DNA of 64,000 nucleotides from an uncultured virus (IMG/VR IMGVR_UViG_3300035162_000505) (taxonomy: Duplodnaviria > Heunggongvirae > Uroviricota > Caudoviricetes), in the IMG/VR virus record IMGVR_UViG_3300035162_000505. One strand, 5' to 3'. The position numbers and the translations under genes were made by a program. This document shows positions 63,316 through 64,000 of the stretch, in pieces (the stretch's first letter is position 1; each line of letters begins with the position of its first letter). Below the pieces are notes generated by a model, which ran no database searches, was not told where the DNA came from, and worked only from the letters and a program-made list of their open reading frames with translations.

Positions 63316-63854
63316 ATCGTTTCTTTCAATATAGGAATCAGATCGTGATTAATCTTTGATAGCCAAGTATCTATCTCGTATTTAGCGCATTGTTTGAATC
63401 TCTGCTTCCGTTTGCTCATCCACTTAAAATCAAATATAATAAGTTGATTGCCATTTCTACTCATATTGGCTTTGGCACCATTGAATTTGTAAACACCAAC
63501 ATCTCTGAAATGTCTATAAACATCTATAATTTGATCTTCTATATTCATTCCACTATAGTTTTGTTGTAGTAAATCTGGCCCATAATACTCTAATGTAATT
63601 GAACGATCTTCTTCATTATAATCCACAAGTCTAGGAGTCCATGGCATATCTTGAAACATCTTCATATATGTCACTTCTGATTTCCATCGCCTATGTAAAA
63701 ACAACTCTTTCTTATCAATTCTATTTCCACTACACGACAACCCCCCATTAATGTAATGTCTTTTAATAAGAGTTTTATCTTGATTAAGATATAAGGAAGC
63801 AACAGTTCCTAACTTATGATGATTGTGATGTGGAAAGAATGGATACCAAGTCAT
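63312..63854 (-). CDS. Protein-kinase-fold protein (Kdo/RIO-like, atypical catalytic loop)
   Basis: IKR, E...M, PRLVD....ITLEYYG, GVYKFN....NM, IIFDF. Confidence 0.55.
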   Translation of the reverse strand: MTWYPFFPHHNHHKLGTVASLYLNQDKTLIKRHYINGGLSCSGNRIDKKELFLHRRWKSEVTYMKMFQDMPWTPRLVDYNEEDRSITLEYYGPDLLQQNYSGMNIEDQIIDVYRHFRDVGVYKFNGAKANMSRNGNQLIIFDFKWMSKRKQRFKQCAKYEIDTWLSKINHDLIPILKETI

Positions 63855-63861
63855 TGTGTCA

Positions 63862-64000
63862 CTACTGTTTCTCTATATTTTGAAAAAACTTTTTCACGTT
63901 TGGGTTTAGCATTTCAGATATACACACCCTGTTAATATCATCATCACGTTTACAATCATTATATCTATTAAAGTAATCCAAACCAAATATCACAGTACGT
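63862..64000 (-). CDS. Hypothetical protein, 3' end only
   Basis: Open frame RTVIFGLDYFNRY...NIEKQ* from the window edge. Confidence 0.5.
   Translation of the reverse strand, partial: RTVIFGLDYFNRYNDCKRDDDINRVCISEMLNPNVKKFFQNIEKQ

Noticed and set aside
1..64000. tRNAs, introns, inteins, homing endonucleases, integrase, stop-codon reassignment
   Set aside because: Intergenic gaps are short with no cloverleaf seen; core genes are uninterrupted and of expected length; TAA, TAG and TGA all end genes.

Overview
The window is a 64 kb piece of a lytic T4-like (myovirus) phage genome resembling marine T4-like phages, and it is almost fully coding. On the minus strand it carries uvsW, an exonuclease, uvsY, the head and tail operon (g3, g23, g22, g21, g20, g19, g18, g17, g16, g15, g14, g13), a block of repeat-rich fibre genes with an embedded glycosyltransferase/oxygenase cassette, a VrlC/DUF4815-like protein split in three, and baseplate genes (g9-like, g8, g7, g6, g25, a three-part g5 locus, hub, g53, g48). 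On the plus strand are g4, g2, g54, g26/g51 and the tape measure gene. These are followed by g32, g33 and accessory modification enzymes. Many T4 late promoters (TATAAATA) and six sigma70-type promoters are visible. The main observations are: (1) a clean -1 slippery site that would fuse gp26 to a start-less gp51 frame just before the tape measure gene, like lambda G/GT; (2) a TGATTCG (GANTC/GcrA-type) motif at four of six sigma70 promoters; (3) Asp-Ser motif enrichment in outer virion proteins alongside phage-encoded glycosyltransferases, suggesting a virion modification system; (4) a hairpin-type fibre with matched 3x16-aa repeats on both arms around a compositionally distinct tip; (5) a gp5 locus split into three genes carrying different peptidoglycan-targeting domains. 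All family calls come from motif recognition and synteny by eye, not from database searches. I saw no tRNA, CRISPR array, integrase, intron or intein.
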